A program made the translations under genes and the position numbers. Below, in pieces: positions 38,401 to 49,030 of a stretch of 64,000 nucleotides of DNA. This DNA comes from Lytechinus pictus (lineage: Eukaryota): assembly GCF_037042905.1 (NCBI RefSeq), contig NC_087263.1, forward strand, positions 9,550,001 to 9,614,000. The letters run 5' to 3'. The first letter of the stretch is position 1, and every line of letters begins with the position of its first letter. The notes under the pieces are model-generated. The model was not told where the DNA came from. It worked only from the letters and a program-made list of their open reading frames with translations, and did no database searches.

Positions 38401-40422
38401 GGATCCGTGAAGAACCATGGTCTCGGTGCTACCATGTACGTCACAAGAGACCGGACGCCTTTCGTCGCAGGTTTCTTCAGCGCGAAGCTCCGTGGTCGTC
38501 AAATCACATGGTTACCTTGTGAAGTAGAAGCACTGTCCATTGCTGCTGCCACCAAGCATTTCAGCCCGTACATCATCCAGTCTCACCACCCTGTCTGCAT
38601 TCTTACTGACAGCAAACCTTGTGTTCAGGCTTATGAGAAATTGTGTCGTGGTGAGTTTTCTGCCAGTCCACGGGTTTCTACCTTTTTGGCAACCATTAGC
38701 AGATACCAGGTTTCCTTACGTCACCTGGCGGGCTCCGCTAATGTCCCATCTGACTTCGCGAGTAGGAACGCTCCCCCATGCCATGATGTTCGATGCCAGA
38801 TCTGTACTTTCATTTCACGGATGGAAGACTCTGTTGTCCATCTTACGTCTGTTGCTGACATCCTCTCAGGGAAGATACGCCTCCCTTTCACATCTCGTCA
38901 CGCGTGGGGTAAGATTCAGTCTGATTGTCCGGCCCTCCGCCGTGCCCATGCCCACCTTACTCAGGGTACTCGCCCATCGAAGAAGTTGACAGGTATCCGT
39001 GATGTGAAGCGATATCTCCAGGTTGCCACCATCGCCCGTGATGGCTTACTGGTCGTCCGCCGGGATCATGCATTCTTGCCACAGCAGGAGTGTATCGTCA
39101 TTCCTCGCAATGTGCTACAGGGGATTCTCACTGCCCTACATCTTCAACTTGGTCACCCCACATCACACCAACTCAAGCAGGTTGTCTCACGGTATTTCTA
39201 TGCCCTGGATCTTGATGCAGCAATTCAACAGGTGACTGTCGGTTGTCACAGCTGTCTTTCCCTCCAGAATGTTCCTCGTGTTGCTACTCCCCAGTCTACA
39301 GGTGACCCTCCATGTGTCATTGGGGTGTCTTTTGCTGCGGATGTCATCAAGCGTTCCCGCCAACTCGTTTTCATCCTCAGGGAGAGTGTCACTTCTTATA
39401 CTGTAAGCGCTTTGATTCCAGATGAACGCAGGGAGACTCTCCGCACAGCCCTCCTTCAGCTATGCGCACCTCTCAGGCCACTTGATGGCCCTCCATCTGT
39501 CGTCCGCACTGACCCTGCGCCAGGATTTTCTGCTCTCCAACACGATGAGTCTTTACGCAGTCAGGGCATCACTTTGGAGATTGGCCGTGCCAAGAACGTC
39601 AACAAGAATCCTGTCGCTGAGAAGGCTGTCCGTGAGCTGGAAGATGAGCTGCTTCGTGATGATCCCCGTGGTGGTCCTGTTACTCCACTTGCGCTTGCTC
39701 TGGCTACCGCACGTCTTAACAGCCGTATCCGTGGCGTTGGTCTTTCTGCTCGTGAGCTTTGGACCCAGCGTGACCAATTCACAAGTGAACAGATTCCGTT
39801 GCGTGACATGGACGTTATTACCAATCAACATGAGAAACGGCTCTCCAACCATGGCCCCAGTATGGAATCGAAGGCACCCAAACGCCTATCTTCGATGGGA
39901 GAGTCTCTTGTTCACGTTGGTGACCTTGTCTACCTGCGCTCGGACCGGACTAAGACCCAGGCCAGACCTCGCTACCTTGTCTGCAGTGTCGACAACGATT
40001 GGTGCAACATTCGCAAGTTTGTTGGGAGCCAACTACGTTCTACGTCATACCGTGTCCGGCGCTCGGATTGCTTGAAGGTCCCCCCAGGGATTCCTACCTC
40101 TCATCCTTCTCGACCGAGGGTTTCTGATGACGACGACGACGACCGTGATGAGGAGTTAGCCAGTCCCACTCCAGCGGATGACTCACAATGCTTGCCTAAT
40201 GCCTCTGACGTTACTGATGTGCCGGGTGTCCCTTGCCCCCCTCCTGACCCCCCTGATATTCCTCACGAACTTTCTCACCCTGATGTTAGTCCTTCCCTTT
40301 CACTTTCTGGTCAGTCAGATCCCCCAGGGCCTTTTGACGTCACTGCCCCCAATAATGGCCGGCGGTATCCCTTACGCCGTCGTGTCCCCCCTTCGTATTT
40401 TAGCGACTACGTTTGTGATTGA
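35485..40422 (+). CDS. Gag-Pol polyprotein, 1645 aa (Gag, CCHC knuckle, aspartic protease, RT, RNase H, integrase)
   Basis: CPLC-X8-H-X4-C at 36304-36357. Protease DSG at 36598-36606. RT ASDLASAFYQIPL (Asp 37750) and LADD (37942-37953). RNase H TDGS...E...TDSKP...D. Integrase H-X4-H-X29-C-X2-C (39139-39255) and D,D(35)E (39340, 39511, 39619). GPY/F-like VGDLVY...PRYLV and a C-terminal RRYPLR..PP....DY motif. Confidence 0.95.
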   Translation: MACSMPKVPKQWCLGKVESITSFEGWRQNLLYTLNLDPNFAFFLSESVTWGKKTKANPTRGFIDDNPSVPSELRKTAQQKANLLDLMLGQIANFCPVIARNSIVRNSTSLNDIWATIRLHYGFQATGAHFLDFCEIKLESDERPEDLYQRLLAFVEDNLLTAGGGITHHGDPILDDEELSPTIENFIVLQWLRLLHPDLPQVVKQRYGTELRSRTLASLKPEISQALTSLLESVECSRAMRTAAFPPRGRSQTAPRRTQSRTPAKFRPRSSKSCPLCVQAGRPSDHFLSVCPYLPDSDRQYMAKARQVAKIFDDGGSDDFDFDVDPQESCDEACLSPDPGRGGTSSTLRVQVRQSPYFDAFYNHHAVRITLDSGATGNMMRASTARVLGCNVSSTTQSAHQADGSSPLQVCGETRFTVCRGSHEFHFEGLVIENLDVDVLAGTPFMERNDVAIRPARREISLADGTVISYGSCNKPKAGHAVRRAFVLRAPSQTTTIWPGEFLEFSLPPEFSADETLVLEPRSDSPPTPMITEFFPAPGVVSSVAGRIRIPNLSRGPCVIRRNEHLCQVCPVVVSDGSQVAQIPPSQTALPSVVQGGPTLSQPSQSVIVDPDSILPPKARGDFQSLHAEHDCVFSPSFKGYNGASGPFKAVVNMGPVQPPQRKGRLPLYSQEKLVELQGKFDDLEKLGVFARPEDIGVTVEYVNPSFLVKKPNGGSRLVTAFADVGRYSKPQPSVLPDVDSTLRKIGQWKYIIASDLASAFYQIPLSRDSMKYCGVATPFRGIRVYTRCAMGMPGSETALEELMCRVLGDLLFEGVVVKLADDLYCGADTWQALLHNWSRVLHALASNGLHLSPSKTTVCPKTTTILGWVWSEGNLKASPHRITTLSTCSCPSTVKGMRSFIGAYKMLARVLPNCASYLGPLDESIAGMKSQDRICWTDELHDAFNKAQSGIKSTRTVTLPRPSDQLWIVTDGSVKNHGLGATMYVTRDRTPFVAGFFSAKLRGRQITWLPCEVEALSIAAATKHFSPYIIQSHHPVCILTDSKPCVQAYEKLCRGEFSASPRVSTFLATISRYQVSLRHLAGSANVPSDFASRNAPPCHDVRCQICTFISRMEDSVVHLTSVADILSGKIRLPFTSRHAWGKIQSDCPALRRAHAHLTQGTRPSKKLTGIRDVKRYLQVATIARDGLLVVRRDHAFLPQQECIVIPRNVLQGILTALHLQLGHPTSHQLKQVVSRYFYALDLDAAIQQVTVGCHSCLSLQNVPRVATPQSTGDPPCVIGVSFAADVIKRSRQLVFILRESVTSYTVSALIPDERRETLRTALLQLCAPLRPLDGPPSVVRTDPAPGFSALQHDESLRSQGITLEIGRAKNVNKNPVAEKAVRELEDELLRDDPRGGPVTPLALALATARLNSRIRGVGLSARELWTQRDQFTSEQIPLRDMDVITNQHEKRLSNHGPSMESKAPKRLSSMGESLVHVGDLVYLRSDRTKTQARPRYLVCSVDNDWCNIRKFVGSQLRSTSYRVRRSDCLKVPPGIPTSHPSRPRVSDDDDDDRDEELASPTPADDSQCLPNASDVTDVPGVPCPPPDPPDIPHELSHPDVSPSLSLSGQSDPPGPFDVTAPNNGRRYPLRRRVPPSYFSDYVCD

Positions 40423-40969
40423 CTTTGGCCTGCATTTATGCCCCCCCCAATTGCCTGTGCCTTGTCCAGCTTGCCCTTTACTGATGGACTCTCGCTGATG
40501 GACACTGTTTTTTCATGTATATCTTTTGTTTTTTTATGCATTTTCGTACGCTTTACCTTTATGAGTGTATTTATGTGTGCTAATGGGTTCCTTAATGCGT
40601 CTAGTTTTTTTTTCGGCGAACAAACAGACAAAAACAACAAGCCAGCTCGATTTAAATGTTTGATTCTAATTTGATAGTTTATTGCTTTCAGGATCCACAC
40701 CTTACCAAACGAATACCTCTTCTTACTCCAGCTAGTTCGCCTTTTACCAATTGCTGCGCATTTTTGCGCTCGTGATAAATTATGCTGCGCATTTAATTTT
40801 TTTGGTTATTATTTTGGGTTTTGTTTGAAGTCCCATTAGTGGGTATGTCTTCGCGTTAATGTTTGCGCATTTGCTTTGCAGTTGTTTGCGAGTTTACACC
40901 TTTATAATATGACAATACTTTTACAAAGCTTTTCGCTTTGGATCTTTGCAAAATTCTTTTCATTTACAT

Positions 40970-40979
40970 AAGGAAAAAG
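40970..40979 (+). promoter_or_regulatory. Polypurine tract
   Basis: AAGGAAAAAG, separated from the 3' LTR by the 6 nt TGATTA. Confidence 0.65.
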
Positions 40980-40985
40980 TGATTA

Positions 40986-41126
40986 CGCCAGTTGATTTGT
41001 ATCTTGGTATAGCGCCATCTGCGTCAGTTATGCGGCCACACGTTCGTCCGACTCTTGACTTGATTACGGTTAAATAAAGTATTGATCACAACTACAAAGT
41101 TGCTTCCGATTCCTCATTTATTGTCG
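40986..41126 (+). repeat. 3' LTR (141 bp)
   Basis: Identical by eye to the 5' LTR and followed by the CAG TSD. Confidence 0.95.
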
Positions 41127-44100
41127 CAGGAGTGGAGTGGGGAAAACTCCCTCCCCCCCGAAGGGTGCAGCCACCGCCATTCCACTCCCGTGCTCCCCAA
41201 ATTTCACCAATAGAACAGCAATATTCCAAGTAAATGTATGTAGAAATCACGTTACAGCATGGGGGGTGTTGCAGAAAGAGTTGCAATTTAACCGACAAAA
41301 TTGATCGCAAGTCCCTAATACATCATTTCATTGGCTATAGACCTAGTTGCATTCGATTTTTAGAGTGTGTTTGATCACAACTCATTCTGTTCTGGTAACT
41401 CTACTCCCGTCAATTTTTAACTCCTAACTAATTTGTTTCCTCTCCCATTAAAAGATGAAATTTATTTAAAAAGCAATGTCGTAAAATCAATTCACTCTGA
41501 GGAAACGAGAAAGAACAAGTTTTAATCCCTTAGAACTGTAAGACATATTCCCAGCCCTATGCCCGCAAGGTTATTACCATGCAATTTCATAAATCAGAGA
41601 AATGAATAGAGATTTGACTTTATTTAGTTGTGCTTTCAAAATTAAAGAAAGATACATGATAATGCTGTATCATTCATATAGTTTCTTTGTTGATATGTAC
41701 TCATCTTCGCTTTGAATTCAGATCATTTCATTTCGAACCTGACAATATGGTTAAGTAGTGGGGAGGGCTCTCATCATTTTTTATGTACAGAAAAATAACA
41801 GACAAAGAAAGTTTACCCTACACATGTGCTGCAAGCTAGCCTTTATGATTGGAAATTTATGAGTGTGCTTCTGAAATTTTGTAGTAAGAAATAACTGTGA
41901 ACTGTATGTGAACTACATTAATTTTGTATCATATTGAAGTATATATATCGTAAATGTTGGATGCTGCATTAATATTAGATATCTTTTGTAATTAATTTGT
42001 CAAAACCAACTTGCAGGGTGGAGTATAGGAGCAGACGAAGCAAGATAAATTGCAATTTTGCTGAGATGACATAAAGATCTGCTCTAATAAAAATATTTCA
42101 TTCTTAATAAAAGTTTATGTACCATAAAGCATTCAATGAAAAAACAATATAGTATGTTTCGAATGTAGAATACTTTTGTGGTTGAAAAAAGTATTTGTAT
42201 AATAATTCAACGTTATTTCAAATATAAATGTTAATATTGGTGTACGTGTTTTGTCCTGCACTTCCTTAATACATAGCTGGGTATGTAGCCTACCATGAGA
42301 AACGTAGTTGTAAATGCTTGATATCTGAATTTGATGACTTCGATATTTGTGTCGTAAGTTTTATAGACTAGATCTATGTTGGTATGCAAATTCCATGATG
42401 ATATAACAGACAAATAAAGGCTTAAATTTTTATAACTATAACTCTTCAACAATGATGCTGTCCTACATGTAAATATGACAAGATGGGTTGAGTTGAGAAA
42501 TTGCCGAAGAATATGTGTATAAATTGAAAGATAGCTTGTAAGTTTTCATACAATCTGTCGGGATTATTGACTCATTGGCCGCGTGAGGCTAAACCCGATG
42601 CATATACCCATCCCCATTTAGGCATATTTATAATTGCAAAATGTGAAGCAGCTGAAGATGAGACTACCAGAGTCACATGACCAAGAGTTATGTGCCTACG
42701 TGTAAGAACACAATAGCATGGAAAGACAAGCTTCCCCGATGTTATCTCAGAAATAAATTACAAAAGAAATTTTACAAAATGGCTGAACAAACCACTACAA
42801 AGAACCATATTCATGTTTTTACCAGGTCTGACAGAATCTAAGGGATTAACATTAAAAACAAAACAATAACGTCATCCATCTCGCTGCTTCAAGTTGGCAA
42901 CATTTTGATAAATATATTCTTTTTAAAATCCATCATCTGCACGTTCTTTGTCGTTAATAATGATCCATGTTTTTGTCTTGTCTGCGTACTTGTTGGGAGT
43001 AATCTGCAGAGGCATCGCGATTCTCGCGGAGAAACCGATTGCGAAAGATCTCGATGGAATCGTTCATGATATCACGGCTTACTTTTCTTACGTTTAAAAA
43101 AAGAACTCCGTCATTTAGCATCAGTGCTGACTCCATGCATTTACATGTATCTCCATCTCTTCAATCATCCAATTATTTGAAATAAAAAAATAAGATTGAT
43201 CTAAGCATATAGATATATTTTTTATTCAAATGCTTAAAATGTCTAGTCAAAGAGTATTTTACCTTTTCTTGAGCTTTATTATTTACTTTGTATACCGTTT
43301 TGACATCCATCAAAAGGTTGCCCCCATCGTGACTGAATTATTAGAAAGGCGGAGGGGCTTATTTTTTCTAGGGGAAACATAAAAGATGACCTGATTAATA
43401 ACATGGCCCATCTTCAAATTTGACCTAGTTAATAAACACATCAGAGTTTTGGGAAATTGAAAAAAAAATGGCTAGAACATCGTTGACTTAGACCTACTGA
43501 TTAGTCTATATACAAACTGCATGTGTTGAGTAGAGCAGCTCAGAATTTTTGATTTGCAAAAATGAGACAAATTTGTTTAATACCTTTAAAAAACACTTCC
43601 AATTGTACATGCATTTTTCAAAAACTATAATCATTTCAAGTGGACTTTCCCTATTTGTGGCTTGTTAAGCTTTTGTCTTTAAAGTCCACGCAATGACAGT
43701 CTTCCAACAGAACAAGCTCCGTGGCAATTGTTGATGATAATAGGAGTTTTTCTCAAGGGATCCTGTCAATTATATTCACTGACAAATTTGCCCTCAGCCA
43801 ATCAGATGCAAGGATTTCAGTAGCTTATAACAATTGTCATTTGAAAATCACTTGATATAAGTTGTTTCATGATATGCTCCCATTATCTCACAAATCTTCA
43901 GAGATGTGACAAGATTTGAATCTCGAGAACAATCGCAGTTTCTTTTGATCGATACCATGCGTGTTAGAACGAGACGGCTCCTAATTGGCTCTTTCAGTAC
44001 TGTAGCTGGTGTACGTGCAGGGGCAGTGCCACCAGAAAGAACAGGGCGATTACTTCCTGACATAACCCCATTGTCAGGACGGCCAAGGGTGAATTCTTTT

Positions 44101-44302
44101 CAGCGCAAACTTCATCCCAGTGCTGATAGACCAATCATCTCCTGGGGTAAAGAGCCTTAGCGTTAGGGTGGGTTTACATCGTTCTCCGTAACTTGATTCT
44201 AATTAAGTTCTATTTGAAAATCACCACAAACTCAGCATTCACTCCTAGCACCAGATATATACATGTACATGGCCCGTATTTTGAACTACGGTGTATATTA
44301 AA

Positions 44303-44882
44303 AGGACAAGTCCACCCCAACAAACAGTTGATTTGAATAAAAAGAGGAAAATTCAACAAGTATAACACTGAAAGTTTCATCAAAATCGGATGTTGACATT
44401 TTGAAGTTAAGCTTAATTTCACAAAACAGTAATATGCACATCCGGGTCGGTATGCAGATGAGGAGACTGATGACGTCATCCACTCACTATTTCTTTGGTA
44501 TTTCATTATACGAAATATTCCAATTTTCTCCTCATTGTCAAGTGGAGCAACAATTAATTCCTCCCTGAACATGTGGAATTAGCATTGTTTTATACCATAT
44601 GGTTGGTCCTTATAGTCAAATCTGTGAAAAAAATTAATATTGAATAATTCAAACAAGAAAAAACAAAAGAAATAATGAGTGAGGGACATCATCAACTGCC
44701 TCATTTGAATGCCACTGAGTTGTGAATATAACTGTTTTGTGAAAAATAAGCGAAAATTTGAAATGTCATAACTTATTTTACATTTCTTGGCTACCCATAT
44801 TTTGATGAAATTTTCAGCATTATAGTAGTTTGATTTTTCTCTATTTATTCAAATGAACATTTTTCTGGGGTAGACGTAACCT
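44303..44882. mobile_element. TTAA-flanked AGG...CCT MITE (Kolobok/T2-like), inverted relative to 52545
   Basis: aggacaagtccacccc ... ggggtagacgtaacct|TTAA, with long imperfect TIRs. Confidence 0.82.
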
Positions 44883-45268
44883 TTAAACCATGGTGTAAAT
44901 ATGGGTAGCCAAGAAATGCAATGCAAAACTCCATTTAGAATAAGATAATCAATTAATTTCACATTTGGCAATCTAAACATCCCCACCTTGAGGGTGTTTA
45001 TGTACATCAATCTTTGTTACTTTGTTATGTTATCTGCGTTCACTCATTTTCAAGCTTTAGATATTCTGATAATAAAGGAAGTAACCTTACAAAATCGATG
45101 ATTTTAGAGTTCTGTTTGCCCCCTTAAGGTTAAAATTGGTTACTTTTTGGTCTTCAAACATCCAAAAGGATGGGTCTGTTAAATTCAACCCTGTTATCTC
45201 TGATCTTTATCTTACTGAATTCAAATGAGAAAAGAATATTGATTACAAATAGGCCTATTGATTAAATG

Positions 45269-45495
45269 CACTCTAAATTCCACAGATTTAAAATAAATCC
45301 AGATTGGCTGTTAATAGTGACCAGCTGAATGTTAGATTCAAACCTTGTTGATTGAGATGTAAATCTAAAAGATTTGTATTTAAATCTTTTGAGATTTAAA
45401 AGTTCATCCTTAAGATTTGAAATAAATTCAAAATTCGGCTGGTCACTATTCACAGCCAATCTGGATTTATTTTTAAATCCTTGGAATTTAGAGTG
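45269..45495. mobile_element. Palindromic MITE with CACT...AGTG ends (CACTA/EnSpm-like)
   Basis: About 60-bp near-perfect TIR cactctaaattcca..gatttaaaataaatccagattggctgt.aatagtgaccagc. Confidence 0.82.
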
Positions 45496-45954
45496 TACTG
45501 TAACTTTACTTCATAAAATCATTAATTTTTTTTTTTTTCCAATTCATTTTATTCAATCATTTGAAAAATAAATATATACCAATCGTACATGAATAACATT
45601 CATTTTAAATCGAGTTTAAATGATTAGGGTCCCCCTAAAAGCAGAAGTTTGATGAATTGGATAATGAATAATACACAATGTGTAATATGTAAAAGTGTAT
45701 AATAATATATAGATACCGGTACTGGATAAATAACATAAAAGAAAAAGACCTTGAACCTACAATGATGCTAAGAGCTTTGTTTGGCCCCTTATGTCTGGAA
45801 ATGTATTTTTTTATTCTCGTCATCCAAAACGATGAAATCTGTAAAAACATGGATTGAAGTTTTAGAGTTAAAAACAAGCTTATTATATTCTATCTTGAAC
45901 TTATCAAATTTGAATGCAAAACTAGGATTGATTGTGGGTACTGACAAAATTAAT

Positions 45955-46700
45955 ACAGCAACCTTTCTTCACGAAAATCAATCATTTAGAAGTCGTATAT
46001 TTGCCCTCTAGAAGTAGTTAAAAAAAAAATTATTTAGTCCTCTTTAATGGTCCGAGAGGTTCGCTTTGCCCCTTATTGACACACACTTTCCTCTTGCTGC
46101 CTCAAGTATTTTGATTGATTAAAAGTAACGATTGATTACAAGTATTGATAAAATACAGCAAATTACCTTTACAAAATCAATAATTTGGATGTAGTATTTT
46201 TACCCTGTAATGGTCTGAACACCGTTTGGCCCTGTTGACAGCACTTTTCTCTTGCCTCAAGAATCATTTGATAACAGTATTGATAAAAGACATCAACAGA
46301 TCAAATTATCTTCACAGAATTGATCATTTTGAAGTAGTCTCTTTGCCCTCTTGCGGTCCAAAACCATCATTTTACACCCATTGACTCACACCCTCCTTTT
46401 GCCTTATGTATCAAAAGTATTGATTGACTAAAAAGTATTGCGAAAAAACAAATTACCTTCACAAAATCAATAAGTTTGAAGTAGTCTCTTTGCCCTCTGT
46501 GGTCTGAAATGATCATTTTGCCCCATTGACAACGCTTTTCTTTTGCATCAAGTGTGGTTTGATTGATTTTGACTAAAAGTATTGCTATAAAAGCAAATTA
46601 TCTTCACAAAATCGACCGTTCCGGAGTAGCATCTCTGCCCTCAATGGTCCGAGAGGACCGTAACATCATCTCACACGTTTCTTTTGCATCAAGTATCATT
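45955..46700. repeat. Degenerate tandem array with a period of about 145 bp
   Basis: caaatta(c/t)ctt(c/t)aca(a/g)aat recurs at about 46160, 46302, 46449 and 46594, each followed by gtagt/gtagc...tgccc-like blocks. A related stray unit lies near 45080. Confidence 0.72.
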
Positions 46701-48809
46701 GGCTTTATTCAATCTGACATGTGGGTGTCGTGAGGGTAAGTGGCCCTCCTCCATCCCTGCCATATGATACTGTGATAATGGTTCATACCAATTAATTCGT
46801 AATGGGCCTCTCTGCTTAGAAGGAGGTAGCTACTTGAAGAACTGCAACATTCCAAGCTTGGAGGCTATGTTGCTGAAGAAACTTTAAAAAAAATGTCCTG
46901 AAAAGTTGGAGTCTAGTTGGAAAGATTTAAAGGTCTCATATATTGTGATATTCCATTGAATCTTTCAAACTTTCCATTTTATCTTTGATAATTTTCTGCA
47001 AATTATAACCATTCAAACTGCATGTATCTTGTATCGTATGTACTATATACACTTAGTACAATACATGGAGGTACTATTTTTCAAAGAAACATAACAAATT
47101 CATCTTATCCTCCCCAAATTCATATTAAAAATAGCTTTAAACTAGCCCAATGGACTAGCCTATGCTACATATAAATATACATTCCCCACACCCTCAGCAT
47201 AACAATTCTTGGCTGAAAGTAAAATAAGTCTTAAATTAACCCACAATATCACCAATACAACTGATAACAGGAAATACTTGCTTTTTTTATTAATTATTTT
47301 TCCTGATAAATGTAGAACAGAAAAATTATCTATCCAATCCCAACGCCTCCATGAACGTAACACTCCATTTTTCACCACACTTTTCTGAAAGCAAGCGCTA
47401 GCTGAAGTTCAAGTTTAGATAACAATCACCATATTTCCGCTCTGATTGGGGATTAAATTTGGCAGTCGGAAGTTATTAACGGAAGCCAACATCCCACCCT
47501 TCGAGTTGGCTGATCTTTGCATTTTTTATGCAGGTGTGCCTAGGATGTTAAAGGCTTATATTCAACTTTACAAACAAAAGTCTTATAAAGCCTACAATCT
47601 GAAAATTTGAACAAGTTTAATGTGCTGTTTAACCATTCAACGTTGCAACTTTAAGGAGCCTTGAATTTCATAATTAATATATCTATATTGATTTAATCAC
47701 ATTGATCACTAATTCTGATTGTCTGTATGAACTTGTCTTCTTTGTCTGAAGAGTGATTTGGTCCCTTTACAAAGTATTTAAATGTCTTTTTCCACCATTT
47801 TAAAATCCTTTTGTTCTCCCCAACCTTCTTCACCTCTCTGATTTTCATGTCCCTGTCGGTCCTTCCTTTGCCAATCTGACCAGCATTTCTCCCTTTTATT
47901 AATTCCTTATTGACCTTTTCATCTATTTCCCTTTTTTATATCCATATTCAGTCTTCTGTTTTCTCTCCATCCATTTTGGTGTCCCTCTTCTCCCTCTGTA
48001 TTCAGCTCCAAATTATGTCTCCTCTTTAGGTTGGTTGGATCATGACCTGGTGGGCCAGCGTCAAGCTTGAATTTCACTGGTTCACATCTACGATACTTAT
48101 CCAGTCCATCCTCGAAGCTGACAAGACACGTTCAGGAAATTCATGTTTTCAAACAATTTTTCTTTCTGATCGAAGCATCCCATGCTTCTTTAGTCTTTGC
48201 CATAGAAAGCTAGTCTCCTTGTATCACCATGCTAATTACTCAACAGACAAATTCATTAGGCTTGTCTTGAAGATGTGTTTGCGAACGTCTGTAAGGATCT
48301 TCCATTAAAGGCCATCATTAATTGATTTTGTATCTGGAAAATTGTCAGAGCCTTTGAGCAGGGTCCATGCTTTCAGGAAACATCATCTGATGCAAATGAA
48401 TTAATTGATTTATGATAGAATTCCCATGTGTATGTACTGTGTCACGATCGGAGGACCTTATAATGTCAATCTATCCAATATTAGCTAAGAGTATAGATAC
48501 ACTGAGAAAAGGTTAAAATCATGATAATAAAACACCCATTGCAATAAAATCGATAAAGTTTTAATAATCCAACAACATGAAGTTTAAAGGCAGTTTTAGA
48601 GCTTTTTCCAAGATTCAGAGATTGTGTCATACTTATTTATTCAAATTTTCAGGACTTGATTTGCATAACAAATTGTGTAAAATATGGCAGCATGATATAA
48701 AAATATATTTATTTGAAGGAGTACAAGTAAAATTTTATTCAGGTGGAGACATTTTTAAGAACGATGTATTAAGTGCATAATGATAAATAGATCCTCTCTA
48801 TAAATTATG

Positions 48810-49030
48810 CACACTTAAAATGTTGGGCAACATACTGTCCACTGTGTTGGGTAATGTATGTTGGTAAAAAATCAATATATTCTGGGCAGTTATTGTCCAA
48901 TTGAGCAAATTTATTACCCAATTATTAGTTTTATTACCCAGTTTGGACAGATTTTAACCAATAGTTGTGTGCACAGTATGTTGCCCTGGGTTGGGTAGGG
49001 CATTTTTTGCCCAACTATTTTAAGAGTGTG
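48810..49030. mobile_element. MITE with CAC...GTG ends (CACTA/EnSpm-like)
   Basis: cacacttaaaatgttgggcaa vs ttgcccaactattttaagagtgtg. Internal ttgggta/tacccaa motifs. Confidence 0.65.

Larger units (their letters stand above)
35178..41126 (+). mobile_element. Full-length Ty3/Gypsy-type LTR retrotransposon (5949 bp) with CG...CG LTR termini and a 3-bp TSD (Troyka-like)
   Basis: Two identical 141-bp direct repeats, with CAG on both flanks (35175-77 and 41127-29). PBS starts with TGG right after the 5' LTR, a purine tract lies before the 3' LTR, and the single ORF has PR-RT-RH-IN order. Confidence 0.95.

Noticed and set aside
39422..40075. 217-aa alternative-frame ORF and other ORFs overlapping gag-pol
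   Set aside because: Shadow ORFs expected in GC-richer coding DNA; no motifs, and several lack a true ATG start.
40423..40985. env-like gene in the retrotransposon 3' region (short ORFs 40438-40674 and 40407-40700)
   Set aside because: Too short, explained by T-rich composition, and lacking signal peptide, furin site or fusion-protein features.
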